Assembly: GCA_964016885.1 (NCBI GenBank) | Contig: OZ024741.1 | Location: forward strand, 191,828,001 to 191,892,000 | Source of the DNA: Eledone cirrhosa | Lineage: Eukaryota | Direction of reading: 5' to 3' | Length of the DNA: 64,000 nucleotides | Part shown: positions 50,654 through 64,000 of the stretch, in pieces | How the letters are laid out: each line of letters opens with the position of its first letter | Numbering within the stretch: position 1 is the stretch's first letter | The notes under the pieces: generated by a model | What the model saw: only the letters and a program-made list of their open reading frames with translations | Databases searched by the model: none | What the model was told of the DNA's origin: nothing | Made by a program: the position numbers and the translations under genes

Positions 50654-52015
50654 TCATCGTCAGTTTACGTCCGCTTGCAAGGGTGAGACGGGTCCTATTC
50701 AGCACAGCATCTCTCCATTCGTCATGGTCCTTTGTCATCTCCTCTGTGAGCTTCAGCGATCTGGGGTCAGTTCTCACCACATCCACCCATCTACTGCGTC
50801 TTCCTTCCACTGGGATTTCTTAGCACTTTACCCAGCGGTCATCCTCCAAGCGCATCACATATCCATACCAATGCAGTCTTCTCTCCTGCACACTGCAGTT
50901 TATCTCTCAACTCGTCTATGCTTGGTCATTCACGCACATCCATTGGAGCATGCTTGCTTCATTTCTCTCCAGCCGTCACATATCCGCCGCAGTTGTTGCC
51001 CATGTCTCACTACCATGCAGCGTCGTGCATCTCACACAGGCATCATATAACCGGCCTTTCGTTCATAGGGAGAAACCCTTCTTTGTCAACAGAGGAATAG
51101 CTCCCTAAACTTCTGCCAACCCATTCTTATTCTAGATACTATGGCCTCGGAGCACCCTCCTCCCTTGGTAATCTGATCACCTAGGTATCGTAAGCTATCA
51201 ACTATCTCTATAGATCCTACCTGCATTTGAAAGATGTCTGTCACTGCGACTGCGACTTCTGTCAAATTTCCCTGAACATCTACTGTATATGTAGTTTTCC
51301 CTACCTGTTAGCTAGATTCACTCTTATTTCTCTTGATTCCAACTGCGTTTCCATAGCCAGAATTTATTCTCTAGCTCCTCTACTGATTCTGCTATAAGAA
51401 CCAGATCATCAGCATAGAGAAGCTCCCATGGACAGCCAGTCTTAAACTCCTCTGTTATGGCTTGGAGAACTATAATGAACAAGAGTGGGCTGAGGACCAA
51501 ACTCTGATGCACTCCTACTTGTATCTGGAATTCCTCACTAAACTCCATTCCTACTCTCACTTTACTGACAGCACCTCCGTACATAGCTTGCACTGTCCTC
51601 ATAAGCCATTTCTCTACACCTAGTTTCCTTAGGGACCACCAGATGACAGATCGAGGAACTCTATCGAAGTCCTTCTCCAAGTCAACAAAAGCTAAATATA
51701 GTGGCTTATTCTTCTCTAAGAACCTCTCTTGTAGTTGTCCCACTAAGAAGAGGGTATCTGTTGTACTTTTCCCAGGCACAAAACCAAACTGCATCTCATC
51801 TAATTAGTTGTGCTAGCACTCTTTGTCACTTTCATAATCTGATCCATCAGTTTTATGCCCCTATAATTGCTTCTCTCCAGAGCATCCTTTTACCTTTGTA
51901 GCAATTTATAAGAATGCTGCTGCACTAGTCTTTGGGTATGACTCCGCCATATATAGCTTGACTGACTATGTGTGCAACTAGTTTAGTTCCTACTTCTGAT
52001 TCCTTCAGCACCTCA
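50654..52015 (-). pseudogene. RTE LINE 3' part (RT domain and tail)
   Basis: QFGFVPGKSTTD, FVDLEK.FDRV, GVHQ..VLSPLLF and LYADDLVL motifs; tail ...CGGACGTAAACTGACGATGAT. Confidence 0.9.
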
Positions 52016-52036
52016 CAATCTATATATAATGATAAT

Positions 52037-52221
52037 TGTTTCTACTTTAGGCACAAGGCCAGCAATTACCCAGTGCATTACTGGTACTTTATTTTATCGA
52101 CCCCCGTAAGGATGAAAGGCAAAGTCAACCTCGGTGGGGTTTGAACTCAGATCGTAAAGGGACGTAACTATGCTGGAAAGCATGGCGTCCGACTCTCCAC
52201 CGATACTGCCAATCCACCGCC
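52037..52221 (-). mobile_element. tRNA-derived SINE
   Basis: A box TGGCAGTATCGG, B box GAGTTCAAACC, then GCCTTTCATCCTTACGGGGGTCGATAAA. Near-identical to 63126-63313. Confidence 0.8.
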
Positions 52222-52614
52222 TTTTATATATAATTATTATGGTATATATAAGTATGTATACGTACATACATATATGTATACAGACGTACAGTAGTATGTA
52301 TATATATACATACATGCACACATATATATATGTACGTATGGATTCACCGAACATTTATTATAATGCTCGGTTTGTTTGTAAACAAACATCCCGAATTAAG
52401 CCGTACAGTGTCTAGCAACCATCATTGCCCTTTTGTTCAACACTGACAAAGGAACAATGTACTAGTTTCAAGCTTATTAGCTATCGTCAGCACTGTATAC
52501 CTTCCTGCCAGATGATTGAACGTCTGAAAGTATATACTTTCCTTATGCATATTAACGGCTGAGCAGCCTAATTTGCATATCGTTTCATTTTTTTCATTTA
52601 TCATTTTCGGTGCG

Positions 52615-55600
52615 CCCGGCCGTTTGCCACATTGGCTCAGCACGTCCTCTATCTCAGTGGCTGAAATCGGCTCCTCGCAGGACTTCGCCTCCTTGTCTGA
52701 GAGACACGGCAGGCCGTCGAGGTATGGACCGAAGTCCACTTCCCCAACCGGCTCCCCACCCCTTCCGAACAATCTGGCAAAGTGCTTTTGAAAAGCCTCG
52801 CACATCTGCTTAGGTTCAAGGATCACCTGTCCATCCTGGTCTCGCAAAGACCGGATAGTGGATCTAGTCCCTCTTTTGGCTTCTCTCACGCAGGCCCAGC
52901 TAACAGCTTTGGTCCCCTCATTTCCCAGAGCACGTATTTTGCTTCAGACGATGCATGCTTCATGTTTTGCGTCGAAGAACTGGCCCAGGGCCGTTCTCGA
53001 TGCTAGCACTCTGGCCACGTCGCCGCTTCTAATTGCCTCTTCTACACTATCTACTAACTCCCTTTCCTTCCTATTTCTATTTGAGGCTAACTCCTTACTA
53101 AATTCTATAGAGACTACTCTAATCTCTCTTTTGAGAGATCCCCACCACCTGTTGTTGACGATGGGCCCGTCAACCGCTCCTTAACTAAAGTGCTAATCCG
53201 GTCCCTGTAAGCTTTACTTGCCGGTAAGGACAAGTTGAGCTTCCAGTAACCGGGTCCCTGTCTATGCGTTCTTTCAAGGTTGACTATGCAGGTCACTAAC
53301 TTGTGGTCTGAATAGCCAACCATGAGCATTTTTGGACAACTTAAAAAGTCCTTATCCTTATTTCTAACTAAGAACCTATCTAGGTACGACCTAGATGATC
53401 CGCTGCGGTTTGCCCAAGTCCAGGTTGGCGCAGTCGGAAAATCTAGTCGATATCTATTGGCCAGATCAAATCCGCCGATTAACCCTTTAAGGCTGTTACA
53501 CTCCTCTCTATCGGGACAGGCCCCTACGTAGTCCCAACGTGCATCTAGGATACCATTCCAGTCCCCCACTAATAGCAAGGAACGGGACGTCCCTAGAAAA
53601 GTCCCCAGACGATGGAAGAAGTCCGGCCGCGTTGACCCGAAAGGGCCGTAGATGGCTACCAGCCTAAACGCTCCGCCTTCACCAATGCCAAGGTCCAGAA
53701 CCACTAGTCGACCCTCCGGGTCCAAATGTACCATCTGTGTTGCGAGACCCAGATGTTTTTGCAGCAGAACGACAACCCCACCCCCACCTCCAGGCTGACA
53801 GAGAGATGCGTGCATCTCAAAGTCATCAAAAGTGGTGGGGGGGGGGGGGGGGGGGGGGGGCAGCTGTCGCACGTTGCTGATTCGGGCCCCGCAAATAACT
53901 ATCACATCTATACGTTGTGACCTGAGGTCATTTAGAAGCATTGCTTGCTTCCAAGTTGAGCCCAGGCCACACGCATTTAGACAGCCTACTCTTAGCATAG
54001 CCATGTTGGTGGTGAAGAGAAAAGGCACTTACCTCTCTGCGTCCCGGGTATCGGGCTGCACAATTTCCATGAGGGTGGAGGATGGGTTGTTGGGTGGGGT
54101 GGTGGTTTGTGGAAGTGTAGAGGCATCAGTGTGTTGTGTGGTTGGGGTGTTTGGAGGTGTGTGGATGTTTGGGGAGGGGGTGGGGAATTTTTTTAGGAGA
54201 ACGCGGTTAATGAGCCCAACGCAGGGGGGGGGGTCCTCTTTAAAGTTGTTTTTTAGCGTTTTGTAAGTGTCCTCTGGGGCCTTAATCATTTTGAGGTGGG
54301 GATCCCCTGCCTGGGTGAAGTTAGGCCCTTGGGTTTTCACTAAATTGTTGTTGTATACAATGTTTAGCAGTTTTTTATTTCTTGTGTTTATGTATGTGTA
54401 TGCATGTTTTTGTTTTTGTGTGGTGTTTTTTGTTTGCTGCTGTTGTGTGCTCTTTTGTGTTGGTGTCTGTGTTATGTTTTGGGGAGGAGTTGTTTTCATT
54501 TGTGTGTTGGAGGTGTGTTTTCTTTTTTTTTCTTTTGATTGTGTGGAAGTGCTCCACCTCGTCTGACAACGAACGAGGGTCATCTTCCGTGTTGGAGGGG
54601 AGGGGTAGATTTCCGGGTTGTGTTTGCGGTGCGGGTGTTTTGGAAATTGTTTTTTTTTTAGTGGGGGGGATGGGTTGGACCGTGTTCTGTTTTGGTTTGA
54701 GCTGTGGTTGTGGTGGTTGTGGTTATTGTGGTGGTTGTGCAGTTGTTGGTGGTGTAGGCAAGATTGGGATTTTCTTTTTGAGTTGAGGACAGACAGCCCT
54801 CAGGTGACCTCTGTCTCCACAGAGGTAACACGAGGGCCGCCTACCCTCAACGGTAATGTTAATAAAAGTTTGGTCATCCAGTATGACATGTTCAGGGATC
54901 TGGGCGATCCTTTCGAGCCTCATTTGAACTAAAAGTTTGAGGCCCGTTCCACTGAACGCATCACCCTATGCCTTTCCCATGGATATTAATGTGTCGTCGT
55001 CTAGGTCCAGGAAACCTGTCAATACCCACCATTTGTCCATAATCGGAAGGATGGTGTGAATTTTTATTTTTTGTGTCCTACCCATGTACGTAGAGTAGAA
55101 GGTGTATGCGGTGGATGTGATTGGTTTTATTGACAGTTTTGCTGCCGTGTCCCTGTCCTTCATGAGAATGGATAGACTCCCGTAGAGTCTATCCTTCTGA
55201 ATGAATATGATGTCTTTCATGACATCTTTTAAAACCAGCTCTATCTCACTCTGTGATGGTTGAGCTGGTCTTTTGGTTTTGTTTGAGACTGTCCTAAACA
55301 TGACAGTGTTTAGGAGTTTCTGGCTTTTTAGTTCCAGGGGGGAGTGGATCGGAAATGATCCATTTTCCCCGTACACTACGTATTTTTTGGCAGCTGCCAG
55401 TAGCTCCTGAGCTTTGCTTATATCTACTGGCAGATAGTCGAGGGTTTTCCTTGCAGTCTGGGCGAAGGAGACCTTTTCCTTGTTCGTGTTGCTGTTGGTG
55501 GTGGTGTTGTTATCATTGTTGTTGTTTTTGTTGTTGCTGTTGTTGTCGTTTTTGTTGTTGCTGTTGTTGTCGTTTTTGTTGTTGCTGTTGTTGTCGTTTT

Positions 55601-56018
55601 TGTTGTTGCTGTTGTTGTCGTTTTTGTTGTTTTCAGTTTCTTGTATAGTTGTGGCTACATCAAGTTGTCGGTCAGCAGGTAGAGAAAGTTCTACCTCTGG
55701 CTGACCTCTGCCTTTGGCATCTGCTGCTGTGCCAGTGGCAAGGGGAAGCTGTGAGTTTAGTTTCCCTTTTCTTCCATTGAATGTTGGTGAAGATGCTTCA
55801 GCCATTTTTAACAAAGTAGGAAATTTTTCGAAAGATAAGCATTTTTTTTCAACACTATTTCACCTAAAGGCGTAGAATAATTTGAGAGACTGACCAGATC
55901 AAAATTTAACCTGGCAGTCCCTCTACAAAATGGTACAAAAATGCAAGTTTACAGTAAGAATTTCTATGGAAATTTAGGCAGAACTTACCCAGCAAGTTTC
56001 ACGCGTGTGTCCACCCCA
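52615..56018 (-). mobile_element. L1/Tx1-clade LINE, 5'-intact, truncated before RT
   Basis: ORF1 from 55814 with an Asn-rich repeat and CCHC knuckle CYLCGDRGHLRAVC (~54790-54835). ORF2 APE motifs CLNACGL, DPEGR, GDWN, SYLDR, SDHK and GYWKLN (54004-53114), then linker. Confidence 0.85.
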
Positions 56019-56263
56019 GATAGATAGATACACACACACATATATATATATATATATATCTACATAATTTCCACTTAGCTTTTACAATTTTGAAAATCGA
56101 GTTAATAACATAATTCATTTTTGTTCAAAATTGCTAAACTTTGGTGTGTGTGTGTGTATTTCAGATAGTGCTAGAATGTGCATGTTTTCCATCAGTAATT
56201 ATACAGAAATTTTGGAACGTATTAATTTCAAGTAGTTATGACATTGTCCATTTTTTATCCTCA

Positions 56264-56539
<276 letters not shown>

Positions 56540-57431
56540 CTAGCATAGGTTGGATATTTTAGGCAGTATTCGACAGCTGGATATCCTTCCTGATGTTAAC
56601 TCTTACTTTATATTTGTATTTTTCTTAAAGTAAAATATAGATCTTCACAAATCAAACTGCTGAGCTGTAGAACTTCAGTTTATGCAAGACATATACAAAT
56701 GTCACAATATGTTAGTGATCTCAAATGTGAAGTGAAAACACAAAAACACACACATATATATGACAAGCTTCCTTTCACCTACCATCAAATAATTTCACTC
56801 ACAAAGCATTGGTCAACTCTAGGCTAATCTAAAAGTTTGAACTAGTTACCATGCAGTAGGACAGAACCCCCAAAACATGGTCTCAAAGTGAATTTTTTAA
56901 CCACACAACCAAGCTTGAGCCTAATATGTACTTAAAAAAACATTTGTTTCACAAGCCCTAGTATAGCTATGCCCCAAACCCTTATATGAAAGTGAAATAA
57001 GATGTTAGAAACTAATAAATTCTATAATGTTCTGTTTATTCTATATAATCTAGAAGTCTAAAATTTAAATTTCAACAATAGCCTACCATCATTTTTCTTT
57101 TTCTACGTATTTTTGCTTAATTTATTTCAATGATTCTAATATCAATATCAGTTATGACACCATAATAAATTTTAAGCAAAATGCACTAAACTTAATCACA
57201 ACCAATTAATTAACATTTGAATAATTTCACAAACTGTTGAAGTCAGAGCTTCCATTTAAATGCTCAATTTTATATAACGTTGAAAGAGATAGAAGGTTAA
57301 ACAATGCAAAATGGACTGTAAGATGAGGTTACGAATAGTAAAAGTTACCTGGTAATCTTTGTTTTGTTTTGTTTTGATTTGTTTTGTTGTCCAATATTTC
57401 GGGACCTAAAAGTTCATTCATCAGGGTTTAA

Positions 57432-59946
57432 CCCTTTTGTTACCATATTTCTAACCAAAATACACCCCTTATGTGTTTCAATTAATTTCTAACATAATCA
57501 TAAATTTAGTCTGGTTTCATTAAACAACTCTAACTTTTTTATTTATCAACATATGTGATTTTTGGAAGAAAATTTAACGAAAGGTTCTCAACCAATTCTA
57601 TTCCATAATTTTTGTCTCAAAGTGACTCTAATTACAGGTAAATACAGGTAAATTCAACAAAATATGAAATTATTTAAATTTTGTTCAAACATCGCTATAG
57701 AAAATGGGTTATTAGCTAATATTCAATTGGGTATACAAAAAAATTTTACTATAGAAGAGTTGTGCATATTACTGGATTTATCAGGTGAATTTAAACACGC
57801 AAAAGACAGGTGTACCATAAAGGTATAAATAAAATGAAAGACTTGAATTTGTCTGTGAAGAAAACTAGAAAACAAAATACACACACACCATCAACTAGAT
57901 TAAATAAGCTCTCCCACATACATAGATACGCAGAAATATACAATAATGATTTACAAAAGAAATTAATCAAAACTCGTCATTCACCTTACAGGTAAATTAA
58001 AATAACAGGTAAATTAAAATTACACATAAAGAAAAATAAAAACGAAGTAAATTTGAAAATATTAATAAAATAAAATCACACACATATACAAATCAAACAA
58101 TATTCCTATCATGAAAACTTGTAAAGCACCCTGCTCTACATAATGCAACCTTGCAGAATGCACATTGGAAAGTTGTTTCAACAGACCTTCCACTAGGAGC
58201 TTTCCTTTTTTGATGAAGGCATTCACGACACTGCCTTTTGCGACCCTCGATTTTTTTCTAATTTATGGAGATCGGCTGAATTCAGAGGGATATCTCTCTG
58301 GCAGGCTTTGGTTTTTCTACCTAGTTATTTTTTTTTTAGGAATAACCAGCTCTTAATTGTGTTGCTACATCTGCTCGGAACTGCAGATGGTCGCATCGCT
58401 TTCGAGCCGGTCCCGATTTGGTATATAGTATAAACGCATTAGTAATACTCATATTTACTATATACCAAACCAGGTATCGCCACCATTTATTTCCCGGTCT
58501 GCTAACTGGATAATAAGACATCATCTGATTCATCCGATCTACACCACCCATGTACCTGTTATAATCGAGATTCACAAATGGGGTGCCATTTTCATCCACA
58601 TGTGGCCGTGCACAGGTAGACAGAAAATTGATCTGCCTCTTATCTCTGTATGTGGTTGCTAGCAAATTTCCTTTCTGCCGTTGAATTATTTCACCTTTTT
58701 TTTAAATTTTGCTTTTTTTATATCCAACGGCAGTCCTTTTCTACTAGCGATCACTGTAGCACATGTATGTGTTGCCACAGTATCTAAATTCTCCGCAAGT
58801 TTGACCGAACTGAAAAACCGGTCAAAAAATAATATACGGCCCTGGTTATGGTATGAAAGTGATAAATTCCAGACCACATCATACCCTAGGCCATGCTGAC
58901 TTACATAATTGTCTCTTTTGCCAGTATAAAATTCAAATCCAGAGCAGTACCCAGTATTCGATTCGCAAATCTTCCAAACTTTCATCCCCCATTTTGTGGG
59001 TTTTCCTGGCATATATTGTCGAAAACGCACTCGGCCTTTATAGCCCACCATACCCTCATTGATAGATAAATATCGACCTGGTTTGTAAACTGTTTTATAT
59101 GTGTTTTGAACACAATCAATGAAGGGTCTTATTTTAAATAAGGGATCATAGTTTGGTTCTCCACGTACTGGTGTACTGCTCGTGTCTCTTACATGTAAAT
59201 ACTGCGTCAATTTAAAAAACCGTGTCCTCGTCATACTTGAGACATATTCGTCTCCAAAGGGTTCATCGGTACTCCAGTAATTTGTAATTCTGGGTAGCTT
59301 TCTAATGCCCATGATAATATTTATGGCAAAATAAGCCCTAATTTCATTTAAGCTTGTGGGAAACCTCAAACTATCCTTTTTTTCACTTTGTTTACTTTCA
59401 GCGTAACAGTTTGTTTCCGCCGTAATAATTTCAAACAAGCTCAGAGGAAAAAGTAAAAGGAAATAGTCTAAAGCTTTGCTCTCCTGGGATAGACTGTGAC
59501 TTGGTCCAGTTTCTTCATAAAAATCACTGAAAGAAACAGTTTTTAAAGTTTTACTCCATTCAGGTGCCAATTCATTTTCTTTATCGCCATCATCAGAGCT
59601 CTCGGATTCACTGCTTTCACTTTCGGAAAATGAAACATCGGATTCATTATCAAATATACCACGTGCTTTTTTTTTCAGTTATAGAGTTAGATTTTTTAAG
59701 GTCTTCAGTAGAAAATCCTTCGAATTTTGACTCGCTGCTTGACTGAATGAAATTGGTATTAAATTCACAGAATTTAGCTCAATTGTTTACGTAGTATAAT
59801 CACGTGTTTTCACGAATGTACTAACGAGATTTGCTCTGATATTCTCATTTAAATATGAATGTGTGAGTACGGGCGGTTTTGGGCGGCTTGGTCACATGAA
59901 CCAAAATTTTTTTCGGGCAGCTTTGAGCGGTTTGTTAACGAAAGGA
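57432..59946 (-). mobile_element. piggyBac (PGBD4-like) transposon, transposase decayed
   Basis: TTAA at 57428 and 59947; TIRs CCCTTTTGTTACCA and TCCTTTCGTTAACA. Motifs DPLFKIRP, SINEGM, KPTKWG.K, FDRFFSS and YNRYMGGVD with a C-terminal Cys-rich domain; stops and frameshifts present. Confidence 0.92.
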
Positions 59947-59950
59947 TTAA

Positions 59951-60640
59951 GGAACCTTCAGTGGATAACATTCCAATTTCCTCTCTTTGGGATAAAATTT
60001 TGATTTTTTTCTAAGTCGTTTTGAAGCATTTTTCGATGGTTACTTCACTTTCCACATGAATGACGTCAATTGCCAATATTGTAATCGCGAAATCAATTTT
60101 CTTTTTTATATGAGATGTTTAATTAGTGTGCCTGTGGGTTTGTCTTTTTATGTCAAGTACTGTGTGCTGAGTTCTAATCTATTATTTATTTGCAGGTTGA
60201 GTCTATGTATGAGCAAGGCTTCCTTAGTTCTTAAGTTGCCCACATTTCTATCATTGGCTTTAATGGTAATAGTAATATGTTAGTTGATGTTTCTACATTT
60301 GTCGATGTGTTTTTTGAATGAGGATGCGCGTGTGTTGAGGTGTTCTTTAATGCGAGTGTAGAGTGTTCGAATTGTGCTACCAATGTAGAACTCCTTACAT
60401 TTGTTGCATTCAATCTGGTATACCACATGTGTCCGTTGGCACATACCTGTATCACGGATAGGGCAGTCAGCGAGCATTGATTGTTGTTGTCTCTGGATTG
60501 CTTTTGAGACAGGTATCCACGCAGTGAAGGGCTCATTTTTATGCAAGTTAACCTATCTGTAAATGGAATAAAGGACCTATCCTCCAAGTAGACTAAAAAT
60601 TGTGATGTATGTTGCAACAGTAACTTTATGCCGGACATCT
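59951..60640 (-). mobile_element. PLE 3' fragment (GIY-YIG); probably continues at 57360-57427 beyond the piggyBac
   Basis: VVYQIECNKCKEFYIGSTIRTLYTRIKEHL. CC-CUGAUGA...GAAAUAUU-GG at 57391-57426. Confidence 0.75.
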
Positions 60641-60943
60641 AACAGTATAATCACTCATCCAATATTCTATAAATTAATATTGTTATATAAGATTGGGATA
60701 TACAAAATGTTTGTTGGAAAAGCGAAATAATTCTTACTACATACTCTGAATCTTTATCCTACAATTCAGATGAACAATGCCAAAATTTGTAACAAACAAT
60801 AACTAATAAACCAACAATTTTCATTTCCATCACAAGACTTGAAATATTTTGCTCAAAAGCATTAAAAAATTGCTAAAGCATAACAAAACAAAAACCTTTA
60901 TTAAAAAAATGTTAGAGAAGATAGTAATAAAATAAGTACTTAC

Positions 60944-61048
60944 CTCCATGACAGCAGAATATCTTTTCATCTATAATGGCTGCAATTGGCAGACAATTAA
61001 AACAATCTGTAAAAGTCTTCCAAAGACGAACATTGAATCTTCGCTTAC
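60944..61048 (-). CDS. PPP1CB: PP1-beta exon, 105 bp; earlier exons lie beyond the window
   Basis: AG/GT boundaries; (C)[34 protein letters not shown](G). Phases are compatible with all downstream exons. Confidence 0.97.
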
Positions 61049-61329
61049 CTACGGAAAGAAAAGTTGAAACAATAAAACAATCAAATCTATGACTATAGCC
61101 TTTTTAATTCAAGTTAAATAAAAGAGGCTTGAAAGAATTGAAAAAAAAAGGTCAAATCAATTTTTCAAACTGAAAATATAGTATTATGATTTATAACACT
61201 ATTTCTTTGACAAAATTCAAACCTAATTAATATACCAAACTTTGCACTCGATAGGTTTAATGCCAAGTGCTGCATGGCTAGAATTAAAATCAGTGCTGCA
61301 AAAACTGACACACACTCTCATCTCAAGGA

Positions 61330-61967
61330 AGCCTGCGCAATGCACTATATGTGAATGGAGTTCCACTGAAGCAGGTGGAGAAGTTCAAGTATCTCAGGGC
61401 CATTCATGAGTGATGCAAGGCAAGAGGCTGAATTAAGTGCAAGAATTGCAGAAGCTGGTGCAATAATGCGCCAGCTTCAGCATTCAGCAATCAGAAGAAG
61501 GGAGGTAGGCGTAAAAGCCAAACTTGCTATCTTCAATTTGGTATTCATGCGAACCCTAATGAATCTTGGGTAATGACCAAAAGAATATAGTTGCGAATAC
61601 AAGCGGCCAAAATGGTGTTTCTACAAAGGGTCTTTGGAGTAACATTACTTGATAGAGTGCGTAGCTCGGAGATGAGAGAGTAGAGGTAGAGCCACCACAT
61701 CTCCGAATTGAGAGATCACAGCTCCGATACTATGGGTATGTGGTTAAAATGTCTCAGATAAGAATTGCTGGGCAGAACCAGCCAGCAAGAGATCCAAGGG
61801 TAGACCCCGAGCAAGAGGGTTGGATAACATCCATGAGCTTGGCAGGTTTTGCTTGGAGATCCAGCCGGATTAGTTGGAGATGGTTGTTTCTGACAGGACC
61901 CACTGGAAGGAGTGTTTAAGGACTCTGACCCCATGACCTTCTCAGGAATAAGTGGGCGAAGAAGAAA
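61330..61967 (+). pseudogene. RTE-type LINE 3' fragment
   Basis: LKQVEKFKYL, RIQAA.M.FL, RSRGRPR..W.D and DRTHW motifs; (GAA)n tail. Confidence 0.75.
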
Positions 61968-62066
61968 CTTTACTGGTTGATTAAAAAAAAAAAGAGTGCC
62001 ACATTTGCAAAAAAAATTGGATATATAAAAGATGAAAGAAACAAGGAGCGAGATGATTACTATAGA

Positions 62067-62614
62067 CTAGACCACCTGTGACACGGGTCACGTTCACTTA
62101 AAAATATTTAAATAATCAAAATATACAGATATGTATATAATGTAAAATGAAATTGAAAGGCCCCTATATATATATATATACCTCGATATATGCGGGTGTC
62201 TGTGACCTATATACACCGGTCACAGACACACACACATACACTAAGAAACCCTTTCTATTAGCAGTATACAGTAATGCTGTATTTGTTTCTTTAAAGTCAC
62301 CGGTTATAATTGCATTCAACAACACCACCAGCTCTCTCTCTCTCTCTTCCAGTCTCCTTCTCTCTAACTCTCTCTATGTCTCTCTTTCAATCTACTCTCA
62401 CATAACCACTTTCTATCTGTTTATGAAGCTACCCGGAAAAACCCCGTATCTTGGAAACCCATGCTTCGATTTAGGTGAAACTTGTTTTATTCCATTTGTA
62501 TTCCCCTTTCAGGGTCAACTTCCTTTCAAAGTATTTTCCCATTATGCGCCCTTTTGGCTGTATAAAATTATAAGCAAGCAAGCAATCAATTGCAGAGTTT
62601 TAGTAATATATAGA
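62067..62614 (-). mobile_element. Short non-autonomous Helitron
   Basis: Minus-strand A|TCTATATATTACTAAAA start; ACCCGTGTCACAGGT hairpin then CTAG|T. Confidence 0.6.
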
Positions 62615-62819
62615 TAGATGAAGAATAATAAACATATAACATCACAAATCGACATGTTTTCAACCAGCACAACTATTTTCAGAAGATGCTCCACAAAATT
62701 CATGAGAAAAATTTTATGGACAACTTAATATATATTTACTTTTAATTGCATTATGCAGCACAACAAGGCATTAAAACTCCCTATAGACCACTGGGCCATA
62801 TTGGGTATGATTACTTTAA

Positions 62820-63348
62820 CCCTTTAGCATTTAAACCAGCTGTATTTGGCAAGAATTCTTTCATCTCTTTCTGTTGAAACCAGCTGTATTTGGCAAGAAT
62901 TCTTTCATCTCTTTCTGTTGAAACCAGCTGTATTTGGCAAGAATTCTTTCATCTCTTTCTGTTGAAACCAGCTGTATTTGGCAAGAATTCTTTCATCTCT
63001 TTCTGTTGAAACCAGCTGTAGCTGGCTGCTCATGCTCAAAATAAATAATATCAATATCTCATAGATTTGATATTATGTAAGATAAAGCCTTTACCGTGAA
63101 AATACAATAATAAATATAGAGTAATTGTTTCTACTTTTGGCACAAGGCCAGCAATTATCCAGTGCATTACTGGTACTTTATTTTATCGACCCCGTAAGGA
63201 TGAAAGGCAAAGTTAACCTCGGCGGGATTTGAACTCAAACCATAAAGGGGCGTAACTCTTTGCTGCAAAGCATAGCGTCAGACCCTCTACCGATACTGCC
63301 AATCCACCGCCCTAATAATAAATATAGAGTAATGTAAATGCTAAAGGG
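62820..63348. mobile_element. piggyBac-type MITE with a 44-bp tandem array (62833-63020)
   Basis: TTAA|CCCTTTAGCATTTA ... TAAATGCTAAAGGG|TTAA; four identical 44-mers plus a partial copy. Confidence 0.88.
63126..63313 (-). mobile_element. tRNA-derived SINE with 20-bp TSD inside the MITE
   Basis: A and B boxes; AATAATAAATATAGAGTAAT duplicated at 63106-63125 and 63314-63333. Confidence 0.88.
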
Positions 63349-64000
63349 TTAAACATTGTCATTGAAAATCTGAAATATATTTATTTCCATAGTGAACCAA
63401 TCAATTCATTAACAATTAGATATCCATATATTCTTCACAGAATTTTTCAGTGTTATGTTTAATTTTATCATTTTCTCTCCACATGGGTTGAATGACCAAC
63501 AAACAAAAATGATTTTTTCCAGAGAGAAAATTAACTTTGAATGCAGAAAACAGATTACAACAGACTGTGTATAAAATATTGAAGAACCCTGTTTTAATTC
63601 TCTTGATACCCAACTACTCCTGGTTCTACAATACAAAACATGAAAGTACTAGTACTAAGGTTAGAACTCATGACTACAAGATCACTATGTCACCATTTTA
63701 AGCTCACATTCATTGTGCCTCTAATATAAGATAAACAGGGTGCAGCAAAAATACCTACCACACCCTGTAGTTGCAAGACACACACACATGTATATCTACA
63801 CACACAATTCAAGATTAAAAAAAGACTAACACAGGGATACAATTACACAGTCTTAGTTTCATGCTTGGTGGAAAAAAAAAAGAGGAATGTTTCAATGTAT
63901 CTGATATTTGTCTTTCACCAGGAGTAATGTTATGGGAAAGAGGAGGCTGGAAGGTTGAAGTAGAAGAAAAAAAAGGTGTGTGTGTGTGGGGGGGGGGGGG

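Noticed and set aside
52130-52221. tRNA gene (also at 63220-63313)
   Set aside because: A and B boxes are present, but there is no cloverleaf and it is followed by a SINE body; the 63-kb copy has a TSD.
53836-53860. Poly-Pro insert in the Tx1 endonuclease and poly-G tracts as G-quadruplexes
   Set aside because: Homopolymer expansion or sequencing uncertainty, with no evidence of function.
62833-63020. 44-bp repeats as a CRISPR array
   Set aside because: No spacers, head-to-tail tandem units, eukaryotic context and no cas genes.

Overview
AT-rich, microsatellite-dense animal genomic DNA. The repeat landscape suggests a coleoid cephalopod such as an octopus; this is inference, not something shown directly. 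The only host gene is the 3' part of a protein phosphatase 1 catalytic subunit beta (PPP1CB/flapwing-like) on the minus strand: five coding exons between 61048 and 42976, followed by a probable ~4 kb 3' UTR. The rest is nested transposable elements: a near-intact DD34D mariner with perfect TIRs, decayed mariners, a piggyBac and piggyBac-type MITEs, four non-autonomous Helitrons, a truncated Gypsy, a non-coding LTR element, RTE and L1/Tx1 LINE relics, SINEs, and several Penelope-like elements (PLEs, including Naiad-type). The most notable pattern is a set of about ten type I hammerhead-ribozyme motifs of several architectures. They sit at PLE 3' ends or inside short non-coding fold-back elements beside (TA)n tracts, together with perfect or near-perfect inverted repeats of 80 bp to 1.2 kb. 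Most ORFs in the supplied track are microsatellite artefacts. All alignments and folds were done by eye.
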